A DNA stretch of 55,444 nucleotides from positions 2,351,426-2,406,869 of the forward strand of contig NMRA01000004.1 in the NCBI GenBank assembly GCA_002633005.1, in the 5' to 3' direction. Origin of the DNA: Phoronis australis (Eukaryota > Animalia > Phoronida). Of the stretch, positions 38,241-49,828 are shown piece by piece; position 1 is the stretch's first letter, and the number at the start of each line of letters is the position of its first letter. The notes beneath the pieces are model-generated. The model was not told the DNA's origin, searched no databases, and saw nothing but the letters and a program-made list of their open reading frames with translations. Both the position numbers and the translations under genes were made by a program.

Positions 38241-39779
38241 AGTAATCCTGTATTATACATTGACGTTAGATGCTAAAGACACAATTGTAATGTTTCATTA
38301 TCTCGTTAAACCATTTATTCTTTCCAAAACATGTGTAAACAATAACATTTTATCACATGGCACAAGTTCCCTTGGTATGTATCTATTTAACCAATAAAAA
38401 TATTCTTTGATCAAAACCCCCTTAAGCATATTAAGCACTGAGATCATTCAATGGCTGACTCACTATGCAACTGATTTTAACAACACACACACACATCATT
38501 TCTTGTGAAAAAACACTCATAGCTTAAATGTCAGAAAGTTCCTCAAGATTTTTAAATGGAAAGCATTATGTCATGACTCTTTAACCACACGGGTACTGCT
38601 ACTACTGTCTGCTTTAGAGTCATTAACTGAAATGGACTATTGATATCTGTTGTCATTTGTGATTTCTACCTTTCATCATTAACATTTTTAAAGCTGGTGT
38701 AAACTACCAAACCATCACTAAAGATCAAAAACTAAACAATAAATTGTTATCACTTTTACAACCTTTTTTCTTAAAGCAGGTCCTCTTATAAACAAGAACA
38801 TCCATCCATCAGTTTTACAGTTAACTACACAATGAATTTCAAAAATTGATTACACAAAAATTCTCTAGTTTGGGACAGTGAATAATTATTTTGATCAAAG
38901 TCGGAGTTGTCCCAATTTTTAGAAATTCACACAACTATCTGTCAGAAATTCAAGGGGATGGTTACAATTAAATGTTTGTCATGGGTCACTTTTTATGAAC
39001 TTACAGGAGTATTCTTGCAAACTGCTTTGCTACAACATAGCGTTAGGAATGTGAAAAGTACGAAAATATACAAATCACTCACGCCTCGAACTTCAGGATG
39101 AAAAAATTAAATTTCAGTCATGGTTTCTGTGTTCTGAATTTAGGAGGCTGTCTCAATCTGGAGAATTTTTAATGTAATATATCGCCGATCTAATTAATAC
39201 CATCAACTATGTCACCTTTGCTAAAAATAAATGTTAAAAACAATTATAAGCTATAAATGTGAGCCATCCGAAAAATGTTCAAACATACACTATTGTCCGT
39301 AGTCAATAGCCTCTGTACAGCACAGAGTTGAGGGTTTTTGGCAAACATCTACATATATCCCATACATTATGGCTACAGTGAATTCATTCTTAGTCATACC
39401 GATATGCAGTGAATGATACACAGTAAAAGAAGTGATAGCCCATGTGTCATCCAGGTTCCTCATGGGAAGTCTAAGCACACTTTTTCTGAAGTCTTGCAAA
39501 GATCATCCAAAGATGTACTGATTTTAAACAACGGTTTCCGATCAAGTTGCTCAGTTGAATCTTTAGACATGTTTGACAGGAAAGGAAAAGGTTGTTGATA
39601 ATCCTCAGACACTGAATACCCATGGTCAACTAACTCTTTGCTCCTGTTGGCTTCTTAGAAACAGATGGCAAATCAATCCATTAGTACATATTTCTCTCTA
39701 TCTTTAGACTGAGCAATGAGATTGCTGACATCCATTCTTGCTGATTTCTGCAGCTGTGTGAGTTTTCAAAACGAAATGC
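38241..39779 (-). repeat. ~1.5-kb repeat, inverted copy of 51140-52676
   Basis: Collinear reverse-complement similarity along the length, with indels. Confidence 0.9.
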
Positions 39780-39940
39780 CAATTAGAGACGGTAGTCACT
39801 GTCTAATCCACTAAATAATAGGAATGTTATTCAGTTGTTACATTGGCATCAACTTTTTTAGACCATGTCCTTGTCCTGTTGTTCGTTTCCCATTTTTTTC
39901 CAACAACACGTGTATTCGCGTCGTCAAGTCTAGACATTTG

Positions 39941-40102
39941 CAGGGGTGGATCCAGGATTTTTATTTAGGGGGGCCAGGGCAGAGTATTTGCCAGGATTTT
40001 GCCCGTCAGACGGCGCACCCCCGAACTGCCAAATGGAATCTGGCCGGGGAGAGTTTTAGGGGGGAGGGGGGGCATGGCCCCCTTGGCCCCCCCTCTAAGA
40101 CG
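39941..40102 (+). mobile_element. Degenerate CAGGGGTGGATCC-type MITE
   Basis: Left end CAGGGGTGGATCCAGGATTT; G/C-run hairpin GGGGGGCATGGCCCC near the right end. Confidence 0.45.
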
Positions 40103-40679
40103 TCATTCTCAAAACCAGGGAACACTGTATCCGACTTGTTTCCAAAGTAGTAAGGTGTGATAAAACTGAACTCTGAAGTCGAAGTCCAAGCGGCCACAGT
40201 CACACAGTGATGTGTCGAAAATCATCAATTAACCTTCAAGTCAGACCCCTTTTAACTCACTCTTCATGCAAATACAACCGCAGAGGCGTACGTGACTGAC
40301 CCCGGTTAGATTCCCGGTTCGGAGATTAATCTTAGTCGGCATTTACAGCAGTTTTTCGGGAACATTTACATTGATTAAGAAACGCAATAGGCCTAGCTAC
40401 TGCCTCCTGACACAGAAATCGCGAGCCACAATGTTTACAAAAGCGCCGCCTACCGAGCAAAAGGATCGAAGTGAACTACTTTCGCTCAGGCAAATGTACT
40501 TCATACGAGTAAGATAATACACGCAGTGTTGGCTTACTTAGTAAATGGTACCCCGGGTACGGTACATGTAACCAAGAAGTACACAAAAATACACAAAACG
40601 TGATACAAGTAGGTACTGTATAGGCTAATGTGTTGTTTTTCTTGCTTTTCAGTGCTCATTTATTATTTTTTGCTTTCAG

Positions 40680-41887
40680 GAAAATGGCATCAGTCGTCGT
40701 GGACATCAGAAGATATGCACAACTGTCTCAAAGCTATGGATGAAGGATTGGGATTTAACTCTGTTTCTGAGCTATTTGGTATCCCAAAGCCAACTATCGC
40801 CGTCACCGCATGGGTCTGAATAAGTACGCAAACATGACACCAATGAAGTTGCGCGGAGGTTCCAGAGGTTTGCCAAAAGAAATAAACGATAATTTGGTGA
40901 AACGTTTAAAAGACCTTGAAAATCTTTTCTTTGATATCGCACCAAAAGATCTTATGAAACTTGCATATCAATTGGCAAAATCCCATGACATCCAATAAAA
41001 CCTGGTACTACAGCTTTATGACATTCAGACCTGAGTTTACCAGAAATGGTGATGCTGGCCACTACCAGTATTTTCCGTAGATAAGCCCATAGGCGTGTAT
41101 TCGGAAAATGAAAAAAAATCAGGTGTTTTAGTAACACCAAATAGATGACTGGGTGTTTATTTGGAAAAGGGGGGGGGGCTTGTAAACGGAAAGTTGTAGC
41201 TTTGCTGGCTTTGACAATTTTTACTTAAAATTTTGTTCTTCAATTTTATGTTAATAAATGTATTGTTCACCAACCTTTTGTTTGTTTTTGTAAATGATAA
41301 ATGTTCCATAAAACTGAATTTGAGACAAAAAGTTGCCGCTGAGTGGGCTTTTAAGAAGAATTTCTTTGAATAAACCCCCTCATCTGAACACTTGACATTA
41401 GCAGTTGTAACACCAAATAAACGCCCATGGGGTGGGCTTACGGAAAATCCCGATACGAAGCTTTAAAGAACACAGTTGCTCCTCGACAAAATAAACGAGT
41501 GTCCGACGTTTCTCCACTACCACATGCAACAAATACAATGCGTCGCTTGCGTCATTCGGCGACTCAGTCACGACTAAGAACCAGCAGTCCGTATAAAAGC
41601 GAATGGACAGAAAGGCTAGTGCGCGACGAACGAAACTTAGTAAATAGGTGAAGAAAGTTCAGAAAAAAGCCCAAACTAGGCAAAGAAAACGCCACGAAGA
41701 TGTCAGTTCACAAGATAGCGAAGCTGACAATACGTTTTGTCTAGCATGTTTGGACAAAACGAGCAATTCTGGCAACGAGTGGGTTGAATGTTTCGTTGTA
41801 AACGATGGGCCCACACGGAATGCAGTGAGGACCAGCGAGGGTAATGTTTTATGTCATAATTATGATTCCGACGGAGACACTAATTAA
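40680..41887 (+). pseudogene. pogo/CENP-B-type transposase relic (psq HTH, CENP-B HTH and C-terminal PHD finger; DDE core missing)
   Basis: WTSEDMHNCLKAMDEGLGFNSVSELFGIPKPTI, LPKEINDNLV...LMKLAYQLA, SPLP...TSSPYK and CLAC...EWVEC-/-CKRWAHTEC...LC. Multiple frameshifts. Confidence 0.8.
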
Positions 41888-43693
41888 CATACACAAACCA
41901 GGCAGTTTAAAGTTTGTAACATACGTATAGCTGACTGATTCATTTTGTTATCATTGTGCTGGTTTGTTACGATTTGTGGTGGTTTGTTAGCACAGATTTA
42001 AGAAGACGGCGGTTCGCGTTCGAGTCATCGAAACGTTCTTTGTTCTCATATGTTTCTATGTTGCCAATAAAAGGTTTGACTGTTTGCACTGTTTCCTTTT
42101 TCATCTTTGATTGGTAAAATATCTATAGTTATTAGTATAGTATCACTGGTACCATTCTGATGTCTGAAAGGTACGAATTAGAAAACCGGTCACGAGAATG
42201 GTACTTTTATTGACTTTTCTACAACCGTGTTTTGCAACAAAGCATTATCATTGTTCTTCTAAATCACGTGTGGTTGTAACTGGGTACACCAAAGACTGGA
42301 TTGGTCTATTTACTAAACTTTTTGGGATTAAAAAAGTGAAAGGTGCATGGTAGAAATTCCACTGACATCCGAGAATTTTTCTGATATTCAGCAGTTCGCT
42401 ATGGTTTAACGATCAGTCGCGCCGTCGGACACTCTTCTGCACGCTACTGCCTCCTCTCCATACGGGGACAACCAAAAGCATAAAAATGTCAGAATATGGC
42501 TTTTATGGGTAATTCCAACACTTTCCTTCGAAAATAGTGCCTTTAGGCCATCCTACTGGTCCGCCGTGCGGGATTACAAGTTTGAATGCAAGCATAAGAA
42601 GGACATTTACTTCAGATTATAGTCAACTTTGAGGACACCTAGTGGCGTTGTAAAGCAACGTGGGCCCGCCTACGCGTGTTGTGTGTTTTGCATTGACTGC
42701 AAGGAACATCTCAAAAATCACATCGACTGATGCTTGCTCCATTTTCTACCTGAAAATTTCATAAAAAATTCATAAAAATCAGTCCTTACCTTTTTGGACA
42801 AACTATTACACAGAAATAACTTGCCCAAAAGGCACAAACACCGTGGGGGTCACTCCTATCGTGAAATATGTTTGCTCAGGCAATTTATAAGACTGGCTAA
42901 AATTCAGTGGTGAACGAAGTCTTGCGCCTTCCTTTTTAGGGATAGTGTCATAAACAGGGACTATTTTCAGAGCCAATTATGTGTGACAATTGAGCAGGGT
43001 CAAAGGGTAAGTCACCTGCAGGGAACAAGGCAAGGCACAACTCTATTACACCTGGTGGCTCAGAAACCAAAGAAATCAAAACTCATGAACAAAAATTTAT
43101 GAGCCAATTTTTTATTGAGTTATGAATAAGGTGAACGTACATGATGTAATCTCACAAAAACAATAAAATTATCAACACAACTGCGTCTGTCAGTGTTAGT
43201 GGAAAAATATGTATACATCTCTATCAATTGTTGTTGAAAACACGACTAACTTTTTGTTTGGGAGCTTGAAACACAGTCGCTGGTAGTGTCGAAACAATCT
43301 CCTTTCTTCAGGTGTGCAGCTATGTAGCAAATCGCATGTTTTCAACGAAGTTTGTGTTAACGAAAGGCTGCCACTGATTTATACTGATCTCTATCAATAC
43401 TAAACTATACATACACGTAAATTAAAGTCTGACAGTAAAATTACATAAAGGCCACTGTCGACACTAAGAAATATTGACAAATGCCTGTAAGTCACATACA
43501 CCACGTGAATTTAGATCTACCACGAATAACGTTTAGAAGGGGCCCACTTTGAGAGTCGCTTGGGTTGCTGAATTGATAGAAGTTCGCACAATTTCACATT
43601 TGAAAAAGCTCCGAGAGATAACTTGTTGTCACAAAAATATCCGAGGTGCTCAAAATGGTTAAGTGTTACTGAACGTACCTCAGAGGGGACTGG

Positions 43694-45004
43694 CTAATTA
43701 CATGTAATAGTTCCTGGCAAATACCAATCCTTGTCGATTGGAGGAATACCAATTCTTTCACAGAGATTAGAAAACCTATCAATGTCCTTTTTAGTGAATC
43801 GAATATCATACTGACGTAGGGTTTCCATGCTAACGCTAGTTCCCTTTTGTGAGTCTTCGCTCAAGGCGGACGGTGCCCTCAAGGCGAACACATCCGGCAG
43901 ACGACAGTGTCTTGCTATGGCTTTACACGCAAAGTCGGTGTTACCCACCAAGTCTTCGTAACGTAGTCCAGCAATGTCAAGCACTGATTGTAGTCGCATA
44001 TATTCCTCGCACAGACGAAACGTTTTCAGTAACAGTATTTCGTCCAGTGGCAAGTTGTATTTGGCTTCATCTTCCTTTTTGATCCACAAATACGATTCTT
44101 GACTTATTTCCGCCAGACGATCTCGTATACGTTTGCCAAGATTAGGACATATTCTTTCGGTCATTTTCGACTCTTTAAATCGGTGAATAAGATAATTGGC
44201 ATTGATATGCAGCTTCATCTGAGATGTTACAGCCTTGACAACATTGGCGCGATACAAAAACATAAATCGAACATTGGGCAAGGCTGCACAAATGTGCTCG
44301 TAAAATGACGACCCGGGCGAAAATTTCACAAAATAAAGTGACGCTTTCACTTTGCGCGATTTGCAAATCATTCTTATCGAGCTTTTCACTAAGACTTTTG
44401 CGTCTGAGTTTGTTAGGAATTTATTCAGCAGCATATCCCTGATGTTGACAAAAACATACGCTTCGTTGCAGCAGACTGCCCCTGGAATTTTCTCCATCAT
44501 TTGTGTCAACAAAGTTGAATCGCATCGCCCTAAACTTTCTAATCCAACAACTGGAGACGTAGGGTCACCAATGGTGTCGGCCAGGCGATTGAAATGCTCG
44601 AGCGGCACAAGGATCATCTGTTTTGCTGAATAGAACTGAGCCAAAGGGAAGAAGGGGTCGATTCGAGAACAGTAGACATCAATTCCAAGAAGGGTGCGGA
44701 CGAAAATCGCTTCATCTTCCGTGACTGTGTATAATGATACATTATCTTCGAGGATGCAATCCGGATGATCAAAATGACTGTATGAAGAAATAAAATGTCG
44801 TTTGGTGGGCCCAGCTAGGGATGTGTTGTAACATCGGAAATGGATGTTGAGAACTTGAGCTGATGTTTCATACTTTCGGCGATTTTCTCGTAGACGTTTC
44901 TGTAGTCCGGATAATTTCCAATACAGTCGCTGAAGGATTGTATAAACTTCATGAACGACAAGAAAACACAGGAATACCCAAAGTGGCGAATCGGGTGCTG
45001 TCAT
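43694..45004 (-). CDS. Sulfotransferase-like P-loop protein, copy C (436 aa), motif-variant
   Basis: Intact ORF with about 31 differences from copy B; reads GRCDST and NEA at the motifs. Confidence 0.8.
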   Translation of the reverse strand: MTAPDSPLWVFLCFLVVHEVYTILQRLYWKLSGLQKRLRENRRKYETSAQVLNIHFRCYNTSLAGPTKRHFISSYSHFDHPDCILEDNVSLYTVTEDEAIFVRTLLGIDVYCSRIDPFFPLAQFYSAKQMILVPLEHFNRLADTIGDPTSPVVGLESLGRCDSTLLTQMMEKIPGAVCCNEAYVFVNIRDMLLNKFLTNSDAKVLVKSSIRMICKSRKVKASLYFVKFSPGSSFYEHICAALPNVRFMFLYRANVVKAVTSQMKLHINANYLIHRFKESKMTERICPNLGKRIRDRLAEISQESYLWIKKEDEAKYNLPLDEILLLKTFRLCEEYMRLQSVLDIAGLRYEDLVGNTDFACKAIARHCRLPDVFALRAPSALSEDSQKGTSVSMETLRQYDIRFTKKDIDRFSNLCERIGIPPIDKDWYLPGTITCN

Positions 45005-45536
45005 CCTTTTGATAGTTTATAGAACTAGTAGGCCTTAAGTTCCTCAGCCTCAGCTCAGGTAGACTACAATCAGATTGAAACCAATCTGGTTCCCCAGCTA
45101 GGCCAAAGATTTTATAGCATCTGGCTAGGCTAACACTCTGACGTCACGAGACTGGCGTTTATGCTCAACACACGCTAGTGTTGCATTACATAGTGGGCTC
45201 TGAATGGACAACTGGTGGCGGTAAACAAGCCACACCGCTTTTTGCATTGCCTACGGCTGCAGCAGCAGTTAATTGAAAATTCGTGACTTATGCTTTTTCG
45301 CTTCCCCAGTGATTAACATAGACGATGTTCACGATTGAATCAAAGGATGTTTTACCAGTCAATCAGTGATGGGGCGGGTGATTTGAACTTAATGTCCTTG
45401 CATTAGATCGCTTATAGAGAAAATTATCTAACTGGTTTGCATGATTTTGGGAACTACTGATTAGTTTATTCTATGCCCATTGATGCTTCTAACTACATTT
45501 TTTTCTGTAGTTTTAATACATTCAGATCTGAAAAAC

Positions 45537-45740
45537 GATTTTATTTACTATTTGTATTTATTTACTAATTTTATTATTGTTCTCATATATTTGTTTTATC
45601 TTTATTTTTTATTCATTATTATTTATTTTTTGTTATTTATTTATTATTATTTATTCATTATTGCTTATTGATCATTATTTATTTATTATGTATTTATTAT
45701 TAATCATTAATATATTTTATTTATTGTTTTTTGTTTATTC
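45537..45740. repeat. AT-rich low-complexity (TTA/TTTA) tract
   Basis: Degenerate TTAT repeats. Confidence 0.85.
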
Positions 45741-46896
45741 GCTATCAGTTATTTGAATTATTTGATATCCCATGATACAGTCAACATCCTGACTGTTTTT
45801 GATCAATAATCTATACCATATGATAGTAATGAACACCCCTAGAAACATATTGTTTAGGTGCAGTAGTGGGTGCATTGTGTTGCTCCTGTTTACAAATCAT
45901 TGACTAGCACTGGTTATTTTGTATACGCAGTTTAAGTCACTTATGTGATTATAATTTGGACAATACTGCAGTATTTTTCTGCATCCACAATATTTTCTTG
46001 TCTGTGTATTATTTTTCAAAGCGCCTTGACAGATTCTGGTGAAAATTTATAGTATTTAAGTTTATGGGTGGGATATGCCAGCACCACTTCATTTTTGAAC
46101 GAATTTAGGTGCTGTGCTATCCCGTTTTCAACAAAATAGTGCTTGTCCAAAATTATTGTCAAAATGCCAGGCTTAACAGTGTTTAACAGAACACGACACA
46201 GAGATAGATGGCGGAGGTACATCGCTTTTTATGCAATTTTGACTGCAGTTCGAGGTGCATAAATCAGGCCCGTAGCCGAGGGGGGTTCGATCGAACCCCA
46301 CCCCCCGGGGGAAAGGTCCAGCCCCGGCCTATCCGTTAAAGATGGGATATAGATGGACAACAACAACAAAATTGTTGCAGCTACTGGTACTACTATGATA
46401 ACTTGGGCAGTAGGCCTAATAATTTTAAATTTAGTTCACGTAATCATCGGGCCGTAGGCCTACCCGGTCAACTTCGCCCGAATGGTTCTTCATGATAGGA
46501 TCGTGCAGACGATTACAGGAGGTTTCGTGCTATTCATCGGCATTGAACGCGCGTGGTGGCTACAACGTACGGTAACACGGGAGTCTAGAAGTACATGTAA
46601 ATGTCTATATACTTAGATAGGCTATATAGCAGCGAGAGAGTTCCCAAAAACTAATGCCGTGTGAACGTCTTAAAATCGACCAAAAAACAAATTAGCCGAA
46701 AGTAAGTTTATCTATGGTAATGAGCACACATTTTCAAATTTCCACTTTGGTTGTAGATTGGTGGATGACATGCATACATCTACACTGACGTGTTTGCGTT
46801 TCCATTCTTTTAAATTCGGTAGGCCTACACGCCGATGATAATTAAGCTCACTATAGGCAGTCTTCCGTCGTTGCTAAAAAATCAGATATTTAAGTA

Positions 46897-47041
46897 CATG
46901 GGCGGCGCACCATAGGGGGTTAGGGGGCTATAGTCCCCACTTTTTTCAGTGCTGCGCTGCCCATGTTCTGTGAGCGGTGCACCACAGGGGGAGGGGGGAG
47001 GTGGCTATAGCCCTCACTTTTTCAGTGCTGCACCGCCCATG
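46897..47041 (+). mobile_element. Two tandem ~70-bp micro-MITEs (CATGGGCGGCGCA...TGCGCTGCCCATG)
   Basis: Units at 46897-46965 and ~46969-47041; two more in the opposite orientation at 47690-47834. Confidence 0.7.
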
Positions 47042-47236
47042 AACTACCTTATATTCTTGCAATATAAGAAAACCCCGACGAGCATGTTCATATTATTAGG
47101 TAAAAGTAAGTCTAGACATAATAAAAACTTTGGTCAATGAAGAAAGTCTTCTCTTGTCAATCAGTGCCAATGACGCACAGCCTCGCAGGCGTCATACGAG
47201 CAACAAACTTGATGGAAAATATTTCCAAGTTTACAT

Positions 47237-47380
47237 GTCACTATTCCGAAGGTTCACTACTCCGAATGTTCACTTCTCCGAATGTTCACTTCTCCGAAGT
47301 TACTGTGAAGGTTCGCTACCTTCGAAAGTTCACTACTTCGAATGTCCAGAAGTCCGAAACCAGAACTCCGACAGTTCATT
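47237..47380. repeat. 16-bp degenerate tandem repeat CACTACTCCGAAGGTT
   Basis: Several units; same motif at ~54078-54140. Confidence 0.8.
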
Positions 47381-47689
47381 ACTCTTATTATCTGCTAACG
47401 AATCGGATCTGACATGAGAAAAGTATTGTACTTGTGCCCACTTAGTAACTATTTAAAGGGTGTACAAAAGTTGAATAGTTCTTAAAACATCGATTACATT
47501 GTTTACAAATGAGCTCAGTTCCAATCACTGCCAGGTGAATCTTCAATCTAACTAACGACTCATTCAGTCTCAAGCAGCGACAACATCGGGTCAGTACATC
47601 AGAGACCAATAGCGGCAGTTTTAAATTGAAGAAAACTCAATGGGACTCCCCGACTTCGTGAAGCCTGGCAGGGACAGGGTAGTCTACTA

Positions 47690-47834
47690 CATGGGTGGCG
47701 CAGCACTGAAAAAGTTATGGGGGCTAAAGCCCCCCGGCCAGCCCTCCTCCGATGCACCACCTATAGGCCATGTGCGGCCCAGCACTGAAAAAAGTGGAGG
47801 GATATAGCCCCCCAGCCCCCTTTGGTGCGCCGCT
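47690..47834 (-). mobile_element. Two tandem micro-MITEs, inverted relative to 46897-47041
   Basis: CATGGGTGGCGCAGCACTGAAAAAG... and CAGCACTGAAAAAAGTGGAGGGATATAGCCCC. Confidence 0.7.
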
Positions 47835-47848
47835 GAACCCTGAGTACC

Positions 47849-47875
47849 TGGTCCTGGATTGACTTCCATGTCACC
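47849..47875 (-). other. 2A-like peptide motif GDMEVNPGP (probable LINE 5' relic)
   Basis: Within ORF 47687-48040: EQSLMTAGDMEVNPGP; consensus is GD(V/I)ExNPGP. Confidence 0.6.
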
Positions 47876-48133
47876 AGCAGTCATAAGGCTTTGCTCAATG
47901 ATAACTCTGATATCACAACATGAGTTCTTCCTTGCGCAATAAACATTACGTAAGTGCGCAGCTCGGGGTCGTTTTCGTAGTACAAAAGTGAGGTCGAGCG
48001 TAATAGGCGAAAAGCAGTGAGGTACTATGAAATGACTCAAAACTTTTCTTTATTTGCATGCAGTTTTTGACAGAATGAAGAAAGGGTGAAGAGTCCATTG
48101 ACGTGTGTTCTTATAGGCAAACCCCTGTGAGAA

Positions 48134-48281
48134 CTGGCGTGAGTTCAGTAGACGCTAGGACCTACGCTAGGACCTAGCTAAAACCTAGTCAAAGTCACGT
48201 GTTCTCATTTAAAATACACGGTAATATCTCATGTAATCTCGCGAAGTCTTGCTTTTTAGCGAGGTCCTAGCGTTACTGAAC
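48134..48281. mobile_element. MITE, same family as 191-343
   Basis: Near-identical along its length. Confidence 0.75.
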
Positions 48282-49366
48282 AGGGGGGTTTTCTGTGCCT
48301 CCTAAACAAAGCGGAAGTTGATATTGCGTGAGTTAAATGGCCGGTCTTTCGAGTCCAACCTGGATATAAAATCTTAAAATGTCTCGATAATTAACCACAG
48401 AAAATTAACCACGAAGAAAAGTACATTAGATAACAAGTCAACGCACCAAAGAGTTATCTGACGAAAGGGTATATCTTTTTTCGGAAAACTAGGTTCGAAA
48501 CATGAAAAGTAAACATGACCAAACTGCAGCAATCGCAGAGTTACGTTTCTTATTGTAAATTGTTGACAAAAATGCTTTCTACACGAACCAGGTCATCTGC
48601 TTGTATTGTTCACGAGTTGAAGATATATTCGACGGTGGTGGCTCATCGCATTTCGCTGTCATGTGCAATTAGTCACATCTGGTTTAATTTGTTGACCAAG
48701 AATATTAACATCAAGCATCACCTAGGTCCGGGTGAGGTAGGGACTACCGGGACTAACAGTTGATCTGTCATTGATCTGAAAGAATAGTTGATTTTATTAT
48801 ACATACATTTTTATTAAAATAAAAAATAGGCTCGTAATGGAAAATAAAAATTATTTGACCATCAATTATGCTTTCTGGGTTTTAATAATTCTTACGTCTC
48901 ATGTGTTAGGTGTCAAATATCAATCTGGACTAAGTTGAATTTTAAAATTAAAACACCTAATTCGTTTGTCCAAAGCATAACCTCGTTTAAGAGCTCAATT
49001 TCAGTTAACTGGACAGACCAAGCATAATTATTATGCTTCTTCAGGGGCCGCGTTTTTCTGAGGCCGGGAAAGGTGCTTGTGCCTTCTGGAGAGGATTTTT
49101 CGCCGAGTGAGGGGAAAAGTCTACCTGCAAGCTCGCATAGGGTCTGTCTCAAGTAGCATTGTTGTGCTCTTTGAAAGTTTCGCAGGGTGTGTGGTTACAG
49201 GTGATTTGAACTTCGGAGAGATCTTTCAACCACTAAGGCATAGATTTTTAGGCCTCGTAGAGGAATTTTGGGGTATTTTTCAATATTTTTGAGGGTTAAG
49301 GTTATTCAAGTGTCTGAAACTACCTTTGTATGTATACGACATTTATGATTTGAACCTTACTTATAC

Positions 49367-49613
49367 CATGCGCGCACCCAGCCTTGGGGCTCGAATTCTT
49401 AACGTTGTGGACCTTTTGGTAAAAATAGCCCGCGGACTAAAAAAAAAAAAAACAAAAAAAAAACCGACGCACCACTGTGAATTAAGCGTTTATGCTTGTT
49501 TAGCGGACTTTTTGGCTCGTTTTCTCGGACTTTTTGTTTCTCACAGGCGGACCTTTTTGACCACTTCGTCAAATGGGGGGAGGCTCGTTCGAGCCCCCCT
49601 GGGTGCGCGCATG
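49367..49613. mobile_element. 247-bp MITE with CATGCGCGCACCCAG TIRs
   Basis: CATGCGCGCACCCAG ... CTGGGTGCGCGCATG, with TTATAC directly on both sides. Confidence 0.8.
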
Positions 49614-49828
49614 TTATACTTCGACAAAACAGCTTACAACCGCATGTACCGTTCGCCAGTGTCTGGTCCGCACGGAGTCCGATCGGCTGTCCGAGTCCGG
49701 CAAAATAATTTCTGTCAAAATTTATTCGCCTCGTTTCGTTAGCAATTTCGATACAATTATCCGTATTTTGATTTTATTAACGTTGAGGCGCGCTGTCGAT
49801 TATCTTATTCCCGTTTGCAGGCTGGCAA

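Noticed and set aside
45480-45671. Hydrophobic 63-aa membrane-like ORF
   Set aside because: Translation of an AT-rich low-complexity tract.
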